NCBI GenBank assembly: GCA_965112735.1
Contig: OZ218965.1
Location: 868,001-932,000 of the forward strand
Length of the DNA stretch: 64,000 nt
Source: Phaeosaccion multiseriatum
Lineage: Eukaryota; Protista; Ochrophyta, other classes
Reading direction: 5' to 3'
Numbering within the stretch: the first letter of the stretch is position 1; each line of letters begins with the position of its first letter. A program made the position numbers and the translations under genes. Of this stretch, positions 1 to 10,936 are shown piece after piece. Below the pieces are notes generated by a model that was not told the DNA's origin, did no database searches, and saw nothing but the letters and a program-made list of their open reading frames with translations.

Positions 1-156
1 GAGAGAAGAGGAGCGTGGGTCTCAAGAGGGGCCCACCCAGCAGTATCTTGTCCTCCAAATATGTCTTTCCAAAAAGTCACAGCGTTTCGCTCTGTATGCA
101 CCCCTTAACGCATTCTTCCTCCTATGCTCAATACTACACGGTACCGACCGCTTCAG

Positions 157-1070
157 GTGGAACAAGGTTACCACGACTCCCGTTCAGGAGGCATCACGGA
201 TAACGGGAGGGTTTGGGCGTCGACTGCAAAACGGATCAGAGAGTGTGGAGGTGAGGAAACGGAGACTGACCGAAGGCTCGCCGTTCCGCTCCCATGCATC
301 TCGTTCCTGACCTGAACTGAACTGGGATGAAGGCCGACACAAGACAGAGGACTTCACTGAGGGCCTCGGGCCTCTACCCCCCAACCCACAGCCTTATGTC
401 CAACCAAGCCCTCCTTTTACCTCACCATCTACCCTGCTCATTGCTCTGTGCTATCGGCGATTAGGCTCCCCCCTTTTGGAGCGGAGTCTCATCGGCCTAT
501 CCCGTGGGTGGTCCTGTGACGTACCACCGGAAGCACACCTTCAAGCAGCTCGGCAAGCCCACAAGGAGAGAGGGACACGCCTTCACCGCCGTGTCATCCG
601 ACTCCCCCTCCTTCTTCCAGCAGCGACACACTCAAGGTAAGCAGTCCCAAGCGGTGTGTGTGTGGAGCTCGCCAAGACGATCGGAAGGAGCCCTTGCTCG
701 GGGCAGACGAGACGTTGACGAGAGGGGAGGCGAAGTACCAACAGGAGGAGGAGGGGGGCGAGATGATTGTGCTCTGAACTTTAGCAACATTCTCTTCTTC
801 TCCTCGATTCCATACTCTCTGTATCCCGTACCGCATCTTAGATTCTTTCCTTGCCCCCCCCCCCCCCCCCTTGCTTGCTTGCTTGCTGGCTTGTTCCTTC
901 GTGAAGTATACGGAACTACCCCCGAGGTCATTCCCCGGCCCGAGATGATGAAGGTGCTCGTGAGCAACTTGGTCCTGATGGAGCCGCTCGTGGACGCGCA
1001 AACCGTCAGGCCCCCCTTGGAGTGGGACGAGCAAGTCATGAATGCCCCTGTGGGTGTGGGCTCGTCGTGA
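157..1070 (+). CDS. 3' part of an unknown spliced gene (begins upstream of or at window start)
   Basis: Phase-compatible exons 157-250, 465-636 and 907-1070 with AG/GT boundaries give one open frame (WNKVTTTPVQ.../APPFWSGVSSAYPVGG.../VYGTTPEVIPRPEMMKVLVSNLVLMEPL...GSS*). No recognisable domain. Confidence 0.5.
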
Positions 1071-1912
1071 AGGCCCAAGTGTTGAGAGGGGGGGGGAAGG
1101 TGGGAAGGCGAATCAGCCACAGGATAGATTAGCTTGATGGGCACACATCGCTCAGTCTTAGCGCAATGTACGCACAGTAGACCCAGCCTACACAGCAAGC
1201 CGGGAGGAGTAACATGTCTCAAAAGCGCTCCAAAATTGGGAGGGAAAGCTTCAGCATCTTGTTAGTTAAGCAGGCCTTCCTTTTCGTGCTCCGAGCTACA
1301 ATATCCCAAACAATGATAGGAGAAGTTAAATACTTAGTGCCATCTATGGTTTTCCCTACTAAGAGCAACTTCTCACCCGCCCCCGGGATTGAACCCCCGA
1401 GGCCGTGTCCCTCAGACTCGTCAGTCCTTCCCATTGGTACAAAGTTGATGCCAGCCAGAAGGATGTGTCTTTCGTGGCGTACCCTCTGGAGCGAGCGCCA
1501 TTGCCATCGACTGCCAAGCGCCTCCAAATTACGCAAACTGAGGCGTCATGTAGGCAGAAGTCCAGCGACTTGGCCGCCGAAAGTGATTTGGATCACCAAC
1601 ATGTGAATTTCGGGACAACCGTAACATTCTGTAACTGTGAGTGATGATGGTCCAAAGTGCTGAGGCAAGAAGAGTACAAATATAGATAGGAGAGTGCCAT
1701 AAGGCCAATAGGAGACCCATAGGGAGCATAGGTCTGGTAGTGCATTCTCTAAACTCCTTGAGTATTCTCGCGATTCAGCACACAGCACACCAACTAAAAT
1801 ACAACAACAGGTGGAAGGAAGTTTAAGCGAGCTTTCGGACAGAAGGAGCAACAAACACAGTGGCCCCTCCCCTCGAAGATTGTAGAGGTGGGTCGCTGGG
1901 AGCAGGAAGGCC

Positions 1913-4603
1913 ATGGGCTGCTCTTCGAGCAAGGGACAGGTTGTGGAGAACGCCCAGCATCCTGGTGCTGTGCCCGGAGACAAATCGAGAGGCGCAGACG
2001 AGGCGGGTACGGCGTGGAACACTCCCACGGATGGCCAGCAGGGCCAGCACTACGGCGGAGAGCAGTATGATCAGCAGGAGCAGGCCCATCAGCAACAGTA
2101 CGCAGGTGGTGCCCAATATGATAATGAGCATCAGCAGCAGCAGTATGCCGCTGATTCTCAGTACAATCAGCCGCAGCAGCACTGGGAGGCACAACAACAA
2201 GGATACTACGCACCAGAGCTGGTGCAAGAGCCTTACAACAAGGCAGCGCCGGAAGAGCAGTTTTACAGCTCGCCCCAGGGCTCTATCCAAGGAGATTACA
2301 ATGAGCACCACGAGCAGCAGCAGGAAGCGCTCTACAACTCTCCGCAATACGGAGAACAGACCGCGCCGGAGGTCCACCACGAGAGCCATGTGCAGGGCGT
2401 CTATTACCCCCCTGTCGAAGACTATAGGGGGGGTGGCGCGTACGCTCCCGCTGTTCCAGACTACAGCGTTGGTGGAGCCTACTCTGCCGGTGGCGCCGTT
2501 GCTTCCAGTCCCACCTCAGCAGCAGCCGGCAATGCTGCGTACGCTCATGCCGCCGCCGACATCGAGCTCGAGATCCCTGTTGGGACCGACGGTGTTCGTC
2601 TGGACAGCTTGGAGGAGCGTTCGGTACGTGCGCGGACTGCGTGCGGCGCCGGGGATGTGGGATGGGATGGGAATCGACGATGGGTAGAAGAGGGTTAGAA
2701 GGCATACCAACCAGACATTCACCAACTTGTTAACTTCGTTATGTGCGTGCGTGCGCCCTACTACCTGTAATCTGTTCTTGAGGCCTCCTCCCCCTCACCT
2801 GGGCTCTTGTCCCCCTTGCGTTGACTGATACGTAAGACGAGCTGTCCAACGTTGGATCTCTCAACGTCCTTCATCTCACGAAAATACCCCTTCCCCCCCC
2901 CCCCCTCCTCCTTTCTAGGACCTTCCTCTCTTGGCAGCGGCCGCAGCAGGAAACTTCAAGAAAGTAAGAAGGGGGAAGGGCACAGCGTTTCCAGCAGAGC
3001 CGACGTGCGCTCCTCTTTTGCATCTCCTTCTAACAACCCACACTTGCTCTCCCGCTCCCTCCCTCCCTCCCTCCCTCCCTCGGTTCGCTCGCTCTTCTGC
3101 GGCAACAGGTACACAAGCTGCTGCAGGCAGGCGGCCAAATGGTGAACGGGCAGTGGAAGGACAACTGCCAGGGAGGCCTCAACACCAAGGAGCACACATA
3201 CGGCTTCACAGCCCTCCATGCAGGGTGTCTGAGGATGTTCAGAGCGGTAAGTTGACGGTTATGTTTGAAGTTCATAAACCCTTGAGCGTTGAGTGTGCAT
3301 GTGTGCAGGCAGATACGCCCTGTGGATGGGTTGATGCCTCTGTGCATGTAGAAGGCCGAGGGGTGTTTCCTCGCGGCTCCTCCGCCCCACCTGCTGCGTC
3401 TCATGTTGCTGCTGGTGCTACTGCTGCTGGTGCTTCTTCTGCACTATTGCTCGATGCGAAGGGGCCCTTTCCTCCTCCGCCCTTCTCTTTCTGAGTGTGT
3501 GGGAGTGTTCGCTGGTGTCCGGGCCTCTCTCGTCTTCTGATCCATGCTACCACCCTTCCGTTGACTCGCAACGCATAAGAGGGATCGACCGCATGCCTCG
3601 GACGGTGTATCTACCTACCGAACCACAGAGGAGGCCTCCCATGAAAGTTCTCGCTCCTCTATTGTCCTTCTCTCTGTGATGTTGCTCCTCCTCTACTTGA
3701 TCGGCCCTCTGCTGCAGCTGTACATCATCACCACGCTGAAGGAGAAGGGAGCGAGAGGAGGGAATCGCGACAGACGGGGTCGTAACGCATGGACGTGCTG
3801 GAAAGATTACTCCGAAGACAGGCACTTCGCACGAGCGCTCACCAAGAGCATCAGGGTCGGGTTAAAGGTGAATATGGGAAGGAGGGAGGGGGGACGGCAG
3901 GGAGGGGAGGGGAAAGGGAGGGAGGGAGGGGGGAGGGAGGGAGGGTGAGCGGGAGGGAGCGAGGTGGGAGGGTGGGAGAGAGGGAGAGAGGGAGGGAGGG
4001 AGGGAGGCAGGGAGGGAGGGAAGGCAGAGAGGGGAGGGGGAAGGCAGAGAGGGAGGGAGGGAGTGGGAGAGGAAGGGAGGGGAAGGGAGAAAGGCGGAGG
4101 GAGCAAGGCGGAGGGAGAAAGACGGAGGGACGGAGGCGGGGAGGGAAGAGAAGTAACCATGGGAGACAGACAAACTGGGAGGTGACGGGGGCTGGGGAGA
4201 AGCCGTCGTGGTGAGCACAACGTCTAACTCTACCTCGTGTCAGTGAATAAGCACCGCCGTGGGAGTGCTTCGGAGGGCTTGATGATTGCAAGTCTCGACC
4301 TCCAATCATTGTCCCATCCTCACCCTTTGCATGCCCCTCCCTTCCCTGCTTACTCGTGCGCTTGCTTGTTGCCTGTTAAAGGTGGCCACCAACACGGCGT
4401 ACAGCCCCACCAAGAAGCCCAAGACCGAGAACTTTGGCGACACCTTCGATGCTGACGAGGCCCTCAAGAGGACGCATAGCGACAGCAGCAACAGCAGCGA
4501 GAGCGATAGCGACAGCGATAGCAGCGACTCCTCTTCCTCTTCTTCCTCCTCCTCCTCCTCCTCCTCCACTTCCTCCTCCACTTCCTCCTCTTCTTCCTCC
4601 TCT

Positions 4604-4635
<32 letters not shown>

Positions 4636-6051
4636 ATCGTCGTCGTCCTCCGGCCGCCCTCGAAGAATCAAGCATGCTCTGTCCAGGGCCGTCAAAGCAG
4701 GAAACCTCCCGGAGGTGACGCGACTACTGAGCGTCAATAAACCCGGCATGGGAGTCAACGACGTGGAAAATGACGGCGAGACGCCGCTCTTCAAGGCGGT
4801 GCACGCGCTCAACGTCCCCATGGTGCAGCTGTTGGTTGACCACGGGGCGCTGCCAGACGCCGTTTCAGAGAAGAACGAGCAGTGCGTGTTCCAGCTGGCC
4901 ATGCAGCAGGTCTTCGAGCCGGTGCGTGTGTGTATGTGTGTGTGTTTATGTGTTTGTGTGTGTCTGGGCTTCTTCAGGGGTGTCCAAAGAGGACCATCCG
5001 CTACATCAACGAACGGATTGACGTTGCTGCTGCACGTGCTCCTCCTCGCTGGCTTGTTCCGTCTTTTGTCCGGCTATTGAAGATCATACTCAGACAACGC
5101 CTTTCCCTCTCACCCCGCCTCTCTCCTTGTTGTGCTCCTTCCGGCAGGCTCATGTGGTGAAGCTCCTCCTCCAGGAGGGCGCAGACTACAAGCTCCTGGA
5201 CAACGAGTACAATCGGTAAGTCTCTGCCCCTTCCCATGGCACCTTCCTTTATCCCACATCACTGCGCAAAGCTCGTCTCATGCGAGTGTGCCCTCAAAGT
5301 GGGGCGCTTCGGGTCGACCACAGACCACAACCCCTCCTGTCCTTATCGTTTCTCTCAGCTGCGAGCGCGCTTGCCTGTGTGCTTGCGTCCATACTCACGA
5401 ACCACGACTCCCTCCGGCCTTGCCTGCCTGCCTGCCTGACTGCCTGACCCACTGCCTCCCTGCCTGCCTGCCTGCCTGACTGACTGCCTGATTGACTGAC
5501 TGACTGACTGACTGATTGACTGCCTGCCTGACTGACTGACTGACTGACTGACTGACTGACTGACTGACTGACTGACTGACTGACTGACTGACTGACTGAC
5601 TGACTGCTTTGTGGGGCGTTCTCCATCAGGCCCTTCTCGGTGAGCGGGCCGGATCTTGAAAATCGCTTCAAGGCCACAACGTCATACTTGCAGGTACGTA
5701 GATCTGTGTCCTGACAGTTTGCTTCTCATTGCTCTGGGGCAGAGTAGTAGAGATGATGCCCGGAGCGACTTTCCACGCTTACAGTAAGGGGTGGGGTTGG
5801 TCGGAGTGCAGGAGTGCATGCGGACATGCATTTGTGCAACCTTGCCTGGCAAGATGCCCCGAACATCCTGATTCGATCAAAGCCTCGAGAGTCGCCTCAG
5901 TCTCCCCTCCCTCCACCCTCTCCCGTTCCTCGACCCACCCCCCCTCCCCCTCCCCCTTCCCCTCCAGGTCACGGCAGGGCGCTTCACTCTCGGCAACACG
6001 CGTAACTTTGATGCCCAGCGGCCCTCCGCCCCGTTGCCTTCCCCACTCTAG
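1913..6051 (+). CDS. Ankyrin-repeat protein with N-terminal myristoylation/palmitoylation motif and Q/Y-rich and Ser-rich disordered regions (multi-exon)
   Basis: Starts MGCSSSK. Exons approx. 1913-2623, 2919-2963 (DLPLLAAAAAGNFKK), 3109-3246 (YGFTALHAGC), 3718-3867, 4382-4921 (LSRAVKAGNLPEVTRLL...GETPLFKAVHALNVPMVQLLVDHGA), 5148-5215 (VVKLLLQEGAD), 5630-5693 and 5968-6051 (stop). One or two internal exons are uncertain. Confidence 0.75.
5476..5607. repeat. (TGAC)n microsatellite in intron
   Basis: Direct reading of the sequence. Confidence 0.95.
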
Positions 6052-6258
6052 GGAGGCCGACTCTGAGAAACGACATTGGGGCAAGACCCGGGGACTCATC
6101 TTAGGAAAGATGGTGGCTTGCTACCAGCAATTTTTATGTTTGAAAGAAGTGGACAGTAGCAGAGGATCAGGGCGGGGAGGAAGCGCACTATAAAAAAAAA
6201 AAATAGCTTCATTTAATTCAATTAATCCCGGATTATCCTGGGTGTCTTATCCTGATGT

Positions 6259-7024
6259 TTACCACCAGCCACCCCACTTCTTGTGGCCCCACTTCTTGTG
6301 GCCGCCCCAGCCGCCCCACTTGCGGCCGCCCCAGCCACCCCACTTCTTGTGGCCCCACTTCTTGTGGCCGCCCCAGCCGCCCCACGAGCCAGAGCCAGAG
6401 CCGGAGCCGGAGCCAGAGCCTGACCAGGACCCAGAGCCGGACCAGCTATACGTGCGGGAAAGGAGGGCGAGGAGGGCAGCATGGCCAAAGCGAAGAGGAA
6501 GACGAACGAGTCCGAGTCGAGGCCCGTCACGGGGCAGTGAAGAGGAAGAAAGAGAGGCGCGATGCGTAGCGCGAGGAGGGCAGTATGGCCAAAGCGAAGA
6601 GGAAGACGAATGAGTCCGAGTCGAGGCCCGTCACCGCAGATGAAGAAAGAGGGCGCGATGCGTAGCGCGAGGAGGGCAACATGGCCAAAGCGAAAAAGGA
6701 AGACGAACGAGTCCGAGTCGAGGCCCGTCACGGGGCAGTGAAGAGGAAGAAAGAGGGCGCGATGGGTAGCCACAGAAAGAGGTAACGAAGAGAGAGGAGA
6801 AGACGCGAAGCGAAGTCAGTGTCGAGCGCAAAGATCAGAAGATAGACAGCCACGCAGAGACAAAGAAGAGGAAGAGAAGAGCGGAGCAAGCTGGGTCAAA
6901 ATGCGTATGTCTTTGCTTCAAGCACTCACAGTTCACGCTGGTCCTCCTCGGCGAGCGGCACGGTGGCGCCAGTGACGAGGGCGAGGGCGGCGATGAAGCC
7001 CAGGAGCACGTGCATGATGTTCAT
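6259..7024 (-). CDS. Secreted RxL-propeptide Gly/Ser/Trp/His/Lys-rich peptide precursor P1 (93 aa)
   Basis: Exon 1 7024-6930: MNIMHVLLGFIAALALVTGATVPLAEEDQRE(L). Intron GTGAGT...TAG 6929-6446. Exon 2 6445-6259: [61 protein letters not shown]. Good start context (ccaccaccATG). Confidence 0.88.
6468..6770. repeat. ~100-bp tandem repeat (3 copies) inside the P1 intron
   Basis: atggccaaagcgaa...gagtccgagtcgaggcccgtcac...gcgcgatgcgtagc recurs three times. The P2 and P3 introns carry a single copy of this segment. Confidence 0.85.
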
Positions 7025-7249
7025 GGTGGTGGTAGGAGAGGTTGGAGAGACAAAGGCGTTGTCTTGGCAGGGTAGGGTTGGTTGTGATGCCCTAGGGAGG
7101 AAGCATGTCATGTCAAAGATACTTTGGTATCCCTCAAATAAAAGGCTCCAAGGGCGCTTTGGCCGGACCACCCGACTGGAGGGGCTCCGGGTTGGGATGC
7201 CAGTCCAGTCCTTACAATCCTTCCCATTCCTCGCTGTACTGCGGCACGG

Positions 7250-8060
7250 GAGGAGATGGCCATGGTCTACAGTGCGGCGATTGCCGTGCTCCTCGCTAAG
7301 CTGCGTCTTCCCAACGCCGTCGGGCACACGGTGAGTGGCCTCCCGGAGATGGACTTTGTGGGGAATGTAGGTGCTGAGAGAGTCTTGCTCTCGTGCCTCG
7401 CAGCACGTACTTGTCCACGGTGTGACGGGTGCTCGCTCTGCTCCACTCGATGGTCACCTCGTCCCCGTCACTTGCTCCTTCGTGGCGAATGTGGCTTCAG
7501 ATTGCGGCGATCTTGCTGTCCTTGTTAGTACCAATACCGGAGGCGCAGATTATGAGTACTGATTTGACACTTACCCCTTTCTCGGGAGCCATCATCTTGC
7601 TTCGTCGCTCGTGCCCAGACCTGCACGGCGTCCGGCCACTGCTGTCTCGACCTTTCACGCGACGCCTGCACAGCGGATGAGGACGAAGAAGGCGTACAAG
7701 GTGGGCGTGGTGCGCATGCCTCCTGCTCACCGATCCGACCCCCCCTTGCGGCCTGCATGAGCTCTTGCTCATACCCTCCGCCCTTGATCTTTGCTTTGTT
7801 GCTCTACGCTACTATGTGCTGCGCGCACGCTCAGGGACTTTGCCGACCGCGCCACCGCGGCACTAGCTACAGAGGAGACTAGTCCCACAGGGGATTTGAC
7901 GGGCGTTCCATTGAGCTCTGGTGGCGCAGTAGAGGGAGCGAGCGCATGAGAACCTGGAGTGTTCGATCCGTGCTTCTCCTGCAGCGCGTTTGGGTGCGTC
8001 TTCCCCACCCTTGTGCCCGCTCACAGTGCCGTGTCTTTGTTCTTCCTCGCTTCCTCTTTG
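7250..8060 (-). pseudogene. Decayed spliced coding-like segment upstream of each peptide gene (paralogues at ~11150-12300, ~13750-14600, ~17260-18450)
   Basis: GTAAGT/GTACGT donors and exon-like blocks (EKHGSNTPGAHALAPS..., DCKIAAIRGHIRNEGASNGDEVTIEWSRAS). An in-frame TGA and indels differ between copies. Confidence 0.35.
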
Positions 8061-8447
8061 AAGCGACTTCTACTTCCACACGTGCGTGAGTCCTCTTGCT
8101 TGATCCTAAGTCTCGATCTCGGCAGCGAATGGGGACAATGACTATCGAGCGGGAGGCGGATCGCCGCGGAGGCCTCTGGCAAAGCTGAGGCCTTCATTTA
8201 TTTCCCAGGGGGCCCACCCAAAAAGACCTACCCAATAACTCAAAAACCTGGATTATTCTGCCAAGAAGGCTGTTTGCTTCGCCTTCACGCCCCCACTGGC
8301 TCATCTACGCCTCTCCATTCGCTCAGCGGCTTGTTGCTACTGGTCCGGGTCAACGCCTCTCGGTCAAGCACCGCCCAGGCTAGTAAGTGCTACGGATGGA
8401 TGGCCTGCTTGCTCATAGACCGCTCGTGTGTGGCTTGTGGAGCAGGC

Positions 8448-8700
8448 TGTTGTAGTTCGGAAAGAGAGAAGGAAGCGCTGGCAAGCGTAGACGAAAGGAA
8501 AGCTGAGAGACGAGAAAAAGCCTTGGTGAAAAACCGAGTAAATTACTAAGATCTCCTGCTAGGAGAGAACTATCGCACGTGAATATGACCACGTGGAGCC
8601 TAGGGGTAGTCAGAGTTAAGTAACTCTACAGTCAAGCGCAAAAAAGGAAGTCAATGAATCTTCTGTAACTGTACAGGAATGTCACACACACACTATGATA
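8448..8700. mobile_element. Probable solo LTR (253 bp) with 5-bp TSD CAGGC
   Basis: Absent from the paralogous site (14951-14970 ggagcaggcctgctg). CAGGC at 8443-8447 and 8701-8705. Starts TGTTGTAG and ends CTATGATA (degenerate CTACAACA). AT-richer than flanks. Confidence 0.7.
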
Positions 8701-9046
8701 CAGGCCTGCTGCCCCCCCCCCCCCCCGAACTCTCCCCTCGTTCAGGACGCTGGTCGCCTCAACCCTCTTTGACGAAGGTCCTTCTCGTCACTGTCTCCTC
8801 CCTTTCCAACCGATGCAACTCTAACCCTGTAGTCCCTTGTGTTCCTGACTTTCGAATGCCTTCCATCCATCTGGCTGTGCTTCACTTGCTCAGCTTGCGT
8901 GTGCCCCAGACGCAGACGCAGGACGCGCGGAGGCCTTCGACACGAGCGAGCAGTAGCCCCGAGGTCAAGGCGTCAGGTGGTTCTCCCTCCGCACCTCGAG
9001 CAAGAAGGGGAAGGCGAGTGTCTGGCCGCAGGCGATCATAGGTAAT

Positions 9047-9619
9047 GGCAGATGTACTGTGGAAAGGTGCGCTAAGTCTGAATTCCGCGAAGGGCTTTGC
9101 CGTCGACTTGGTGGGGCCCGCTTCTGCTCTGTGCAGGGCTGCGGCACGCATGCGAAGAACGGAGGCGTTTGTGTGAAGGTGAAGCGCTGCCGCATAGAGG
9201 GGTGCCAGAAGCAGGTGCAGCGAGGAGGCGGTTGCATTTCTCATGGGGCTCAGGTCAAGCGCTGCCGCGTTGGAGAGTGTGATAAGCTGGCGCGCGGAGG
9301 GACGTGCAACGGCATGTGCGAGAGGCATGCGCGCATCAGCAGCGAGGGAGGAGGCAGAGGAGAGAGACAGCGCGCGCTCAAGAAGGCCTCCCCCGCAATG
9401 GCCGCTAGGAGGGCGAGGCGTGCACGGGAGGGAAGGGCAAGAAGCGAGGAGGGAGGAAGTCTCGCACCGCCTCTAGCCCTGCTGCCGCTGCTCGTGCACA
9501 GGGGTAAGGGTAAGGGGGGGAGCAGCCCAATAGCCGTCGTGCAGCGAAGAAGAGGAAGGCACACCGTGTGGGGGACGAGGTCCAGCTGCCGAAGCGGTTC
9601 CGCAGGTACCGCTGAGTGA
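9047..9619 (+). CDS. WRKY19-like C-x4-C...C-x2-H zinc-finger repeat protein, partly degenerate (start or 5' exon unresolved)
   Basis: Four repeats: CTVERCAKSEFREGLCRRL, CSVQGCGTHAKNGGVCVK, CRIEGCQKQVQRGGGCISHG and CRVGECDKLARGGTCNGMCERH. The first two lack the His ligand. Confidence 0.55.
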   Translation, partial: GRCTVERCAKSEFREGLCRRLGGARFCSVQGCGTHAKNGGVCVKVKRCRIEGCQKQVQRGGGCISHGAQVKRCRVGECDKLARGGTCNGMCERHARISSEGGGRGERQRALKKASPAMAARRARRAREGRARSEEGGSLAPPLALLPLLVHRGKGKGGSSPIAVVQRRRGRHTVWGTRSSCRSGSAGTAE

Positions 9620-10188
9620 CTATTTGTGCGCCGACGGGCTCAGAGAGATGGCGGGACGTGAGATGAACAGAAGGTTGTGATTGGCGTTATAGAGGGCGAT
9701 GTGGAGTGCCTTGAGTCTTGAACTGAAGAGGGAATGGAGAGGAGCAGGGCTGCATGTGGGAGTTAGACGACCTCGTTTGTCTTCTACTCGCCGGGGATGG
9801 GTCCGTGAAGAGGCAGCGATTGAGCAATAATGGCGTGGCTGCTAGGGCACCCTCCTCAGCTGCCGAGGCTTTAGGCCACCGAGATTCCCTTGGCGGCAAG
9901 TCCATGCAGAGCATGCAGGGCGTTGGGGCGCAGAGAGCTAACACATACCGAATACATATTACGACCTGTCGCTACGCCTCCTTCTTCTCTCCAATCAGCA
10001 GGTATACAGTAGCATGAGGACAGTAGCAGAGGATCAGGGCGGGGAGGAAGCGCAGAGATGCGCGCGAAGGGAAAGCAGGGAGCGACGCTGATAAAGCAGC
10101 ATTGCGAGCGTTGAGGGGTGAAAATTGTGTTTAAATTAGATATGCCCGGCTTATCCTGGAGGTCACCCGTTTGTCTCTGTGGTCATAT

Positions 10189-10936
10189 TCACCATCCGTA
10201 TCCGTGCTTGTGGCCGCGGTATCCGCCCCACGAGCCAGACCCAGAGCCGGACCCAGAGCGCCAGGAGCCGGAGCCAGAGCCTGAGCCGGAGCTAGAGCGC
10301 GAGGAGCCGGAGCCGGAGTGTGACCAAAGGGTCCTTGCATGATAGTGGCCGTACTTCTTGTGGCCATACTTCTTGTGGCCGCGGTATCCGCCCCACGAGC
10401 CAGACCCAGAGCCGGACCCAGAGCGCCAGGAGCCGGAGCCAGAGCCTGAGCCGGAGCTAGAGCGCGAGGAGCCGGAGCCGGAGCCAGAGCCGGAGCTAGA
10501 GCTCGAGGAGCCGGAGCCGGAGCCAGAGCCGGAGCTAGAGCTCGAGGAGCCGGAGCCAGAGCCAGAGCCGGAGCTGGAATGCGAGGAGCCAGACCAGCTG
10601 TGCGTGTGGGAAAGGAGCGAGGAGGGCAGAAGCGAAGAGGAAGACGAACGAGTCCGAGTCGAGGCCCGTCACGGGGCAGTGAAGAGGAAGAAAGAGAGGT
10701 GCGATGCGTAGCCACAGGAAGAGGTAACGAAGAGAGAGAAGACGCGAAGCGAAGTCAGTGTCGAGCGCAAGAGACCAGACAAGATAGACTGGCACTGAAA
10801 AGTGGAGCTATATGCGCACGTCCAATCCTTCCAGCACTTACAGTTCACGTTGATCCTCCTTGATGAGCGGCACGGTGGCGCCAGTGACGAGGGCGAGGGC
10901 GGCGATGAAGCCCAAGAGCACGTGCATGATGTTCAT
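10189..10936 (-). CDS. Secreted RxL-propeptide peptide precursor P2 (167 aa; two modules separated by an internal ARTL site)
   Basis: Exon 1 10936-10842 (...TVPLIKEDQREL). Intron GTAAGT...CAG 10841-10598. Exon 2 10597-10189: WSGSSHSSS(GS/S)n...[79 protein letters not shown]. Confidence 0.88.

Noticed and set aside
1375-1430. tRNA T-loop-like GGTTCAATCCC on the minus strand
   Set aside because: No D arm, anticodon arm or acceptor stem.
6242-6613. Plus-strand (PE)n / PHFLW ORFs here and at 10118-10711 and 16369-17148
   Set aside because: They are antisense shadows of the (GS)n/HKKW peptide exons. They lack consistent starts and stops between copies, whereas the minus-strand model is intact in all four.
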